From the human T2T-CHM13v2.0 reference genome, Homo sapiens: a DNA stretch of 64,000 nt. Below the pieces are notes generated by a model. The model ran no database searches and had not been told where the DNA came from. It worked only from the letters and a program-made list of their open reading frames with translations. Made by a program: the position numbers and the translations under genes. Below, one piece after another: positions 62,264-64,000 of the stretch (positions within the stretch are counted from its first letter, which is position 1; every line of letters begins with the position of its first letter). The stretch lies in assembly GCF_009914755.1 (NCBI RefSeq), contig NC_060934.1. The stretch is one strand, 5' to 3'.

Positions 62264-63396
62264 TCATTTCCCTCTAGGAGCTTGTAGTCTAAATGAGATG
62301 TATTCAGTTAGAGTTGTCTCAGTTACAAATGTTAGAAATCAAATCTAAAGTGGCATAAACAAAAAAGGGAACTTGGGTTATATACTGCAATGTCGAAGCG
62401 TTCAGGGGCAGCCGAATATGGGTGCTCAGGCAGGCTTCCCTCAGTATTGCCTTTATTCTCAGGCAGGTTTCCCCATAAGTCCCACTCTTCCAGCTACTTC
62501 AACAGAGAAGAGCCTGTTTCCTAATAGTTCCCCCAAGAATCCTACCTGATGCTCATTGGCCAGGCCTGGGTCATGTGCCTATCCCTGAACCCATTACTGT
62601 GGCTCTGATTGGCCAGACTTGGGTCATGTGCTGCTTCTTGGAATTGGAAGCAGCTGCACCTAACCCTCCTGGACTGAGAGTCAAGAGGAGTGGTTTCCCA
62701 TAGAAAAATCCAGGTGCTGCTCACAGAAGAGGGGGCTGTGGATGCTGGCAGGAAAGCCTCGGATGCTAAGCATGTGGGTGAAGGCAGATTCACATAGTAC
62801 AATGAAGGAACACTTACAAATTAATACATTCTAAATAGTTCAATGTAAGCAAGTACCTTCTATGTGCCTAGCACCGTGCTATGTACAAGAAGGGATGGAG
62901 GAGAAGAGCTGCTTGGTCTTAAAGAGATCACAGAGTGGGATCCTGCTGGGGTTAGAGGCAAGCATGGAAAGCTAAGGAAAACCCAACACATACAAGTATC
63001 CTATAATTACCAGCAGTACAAAATTATAACTGCATGTTAGAATTACCCAGTGCGTTCAAATAGATTGATTATAAGATCTCTCCTGAGCTTCTGATTTCAC
63101 TGGACTGGGGTATGGCTCAAGCTTCAATGTTTATTTTTTAAACTCCATCAGGTTGTTCTAATAAACAGCTGTGGTTCAGAACTACAGCCCGTAGGAAAAA
63201 TATCCAAATGGCTTTTGCTGAATATGTTAAAGCTGTTATGATTTTACTTTAATTCATTTAGTACCATGTTTTGGAAAGTCAGTTAAAATGACTTTTTATA
63301 CTCAGAAGCAGGGAATTATGTTTGGGCTGTAATTCATTCTGACAAGGCAATTTTATAAGTAACACTTTCACTGTGTCCACACCATGGTGCTTATGA

Positions 63397-63522
<126 letters not shown>

Positions 63523-63841
63523 GAAAGTGTTGTCAACATTTTTTTCCTATTCTTTTCAAGTTAAATAAATTATGCTTCATATTAGTAAAAGATGCCATAG
63601 GAGAGTTTGGGGTTATTTAGGTCTTATTGAAATGCAGATTGCTACTAGAAATAAATAACTTTGGAAACATGGGAAGGTGCCACTGGTAATGGGTAAGGTT
63701 CTAATAGGCCATGTTTATGACTGTTGCATAGAATTCACAATGCATTTTTCAAGAGAAATGATGTTGTCACTGGTGGCTCATTCAGGGAAGCTCATCAAAG
63801 CCCACTTTGTTCGCAGTGTAGCTGAAATACTGTCTATCTCT

Positions 63842-63847
63842 AATAAA
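63842..63847 (+). terminator. DNTT: Likely main polyadenylation signal (other AATAAA at 63564, 63650, 63935)
   Basis: AATAAA with a T-rich element (tctgtttttcttc) about 25 nt downstream. Which signal is used cannot be determined from sequence alone. Confidence 0.6.
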
Positions 63848-64000
63848 AACAGAAGGAAACAAGATGATGGAATCTGTTTTTCTTCACTCAAATATTATAA
63901 ACTATTTTAAAACACAAGTGTAACCAAGTGGAAGAATAAAGAGCTTACAGTTTGTCTTAAGGGGACAAACAGGTTTAATTAGAAGATGCAGAGATTCCAG

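Noticed and set aside
63348-63375. Perfect heptamer (CACTGTG) with a 12-nt spacer and nonamer ATAAAATTG on the minus strand
   Set aside because: Only 5/9 nonamer match and far from promoter chromatin; other perfect heptamers I checked had no nonamer

Overview
This is human (or near-identical great-ape) genomic DNA containing the complete DNTT gene (terminal deoxynucleotidyl transferase, TdT; X-family polymerase) on the + strand. It has 11 GT-AG coding exons from ATG 29806 to TAG 63520-63522, giving a 1530-nt CDS and a 509-aa protein (NLS, BRCT, Pol X core; catalytic D343/D345/D433 intact; Gly at codon 112). The first ~29.6 kb is repeat-rich upstream DNA with no supportable protein-coding gene. 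From memory, BLNK lies just beyond the left edge, which I cannot see in the window. Repeats include about 14 Alus, old L1/L2/MIR fragments, hAT MITEs, and solo LTRs (THE1A, two MER66-like, LTR7B/HERV-H, MER67-like, MER50-like, MST/MLT1). Repeat subfamily names are from recalled consensus sequences, not a search. I found no new gene system. The best leads are regulatory: an out-of-frame upstream ATG overlapping the TdT start that looks like a frameshifted N-terminal extension; a shifted initiator; an intron-1 RUNX/ETS/E-box element with divergent splice donors; upstream EICE/ISRE modules; two co-oriented CTCF motifs; AG|GT recursive-type acceptors; and a local templated duplication.
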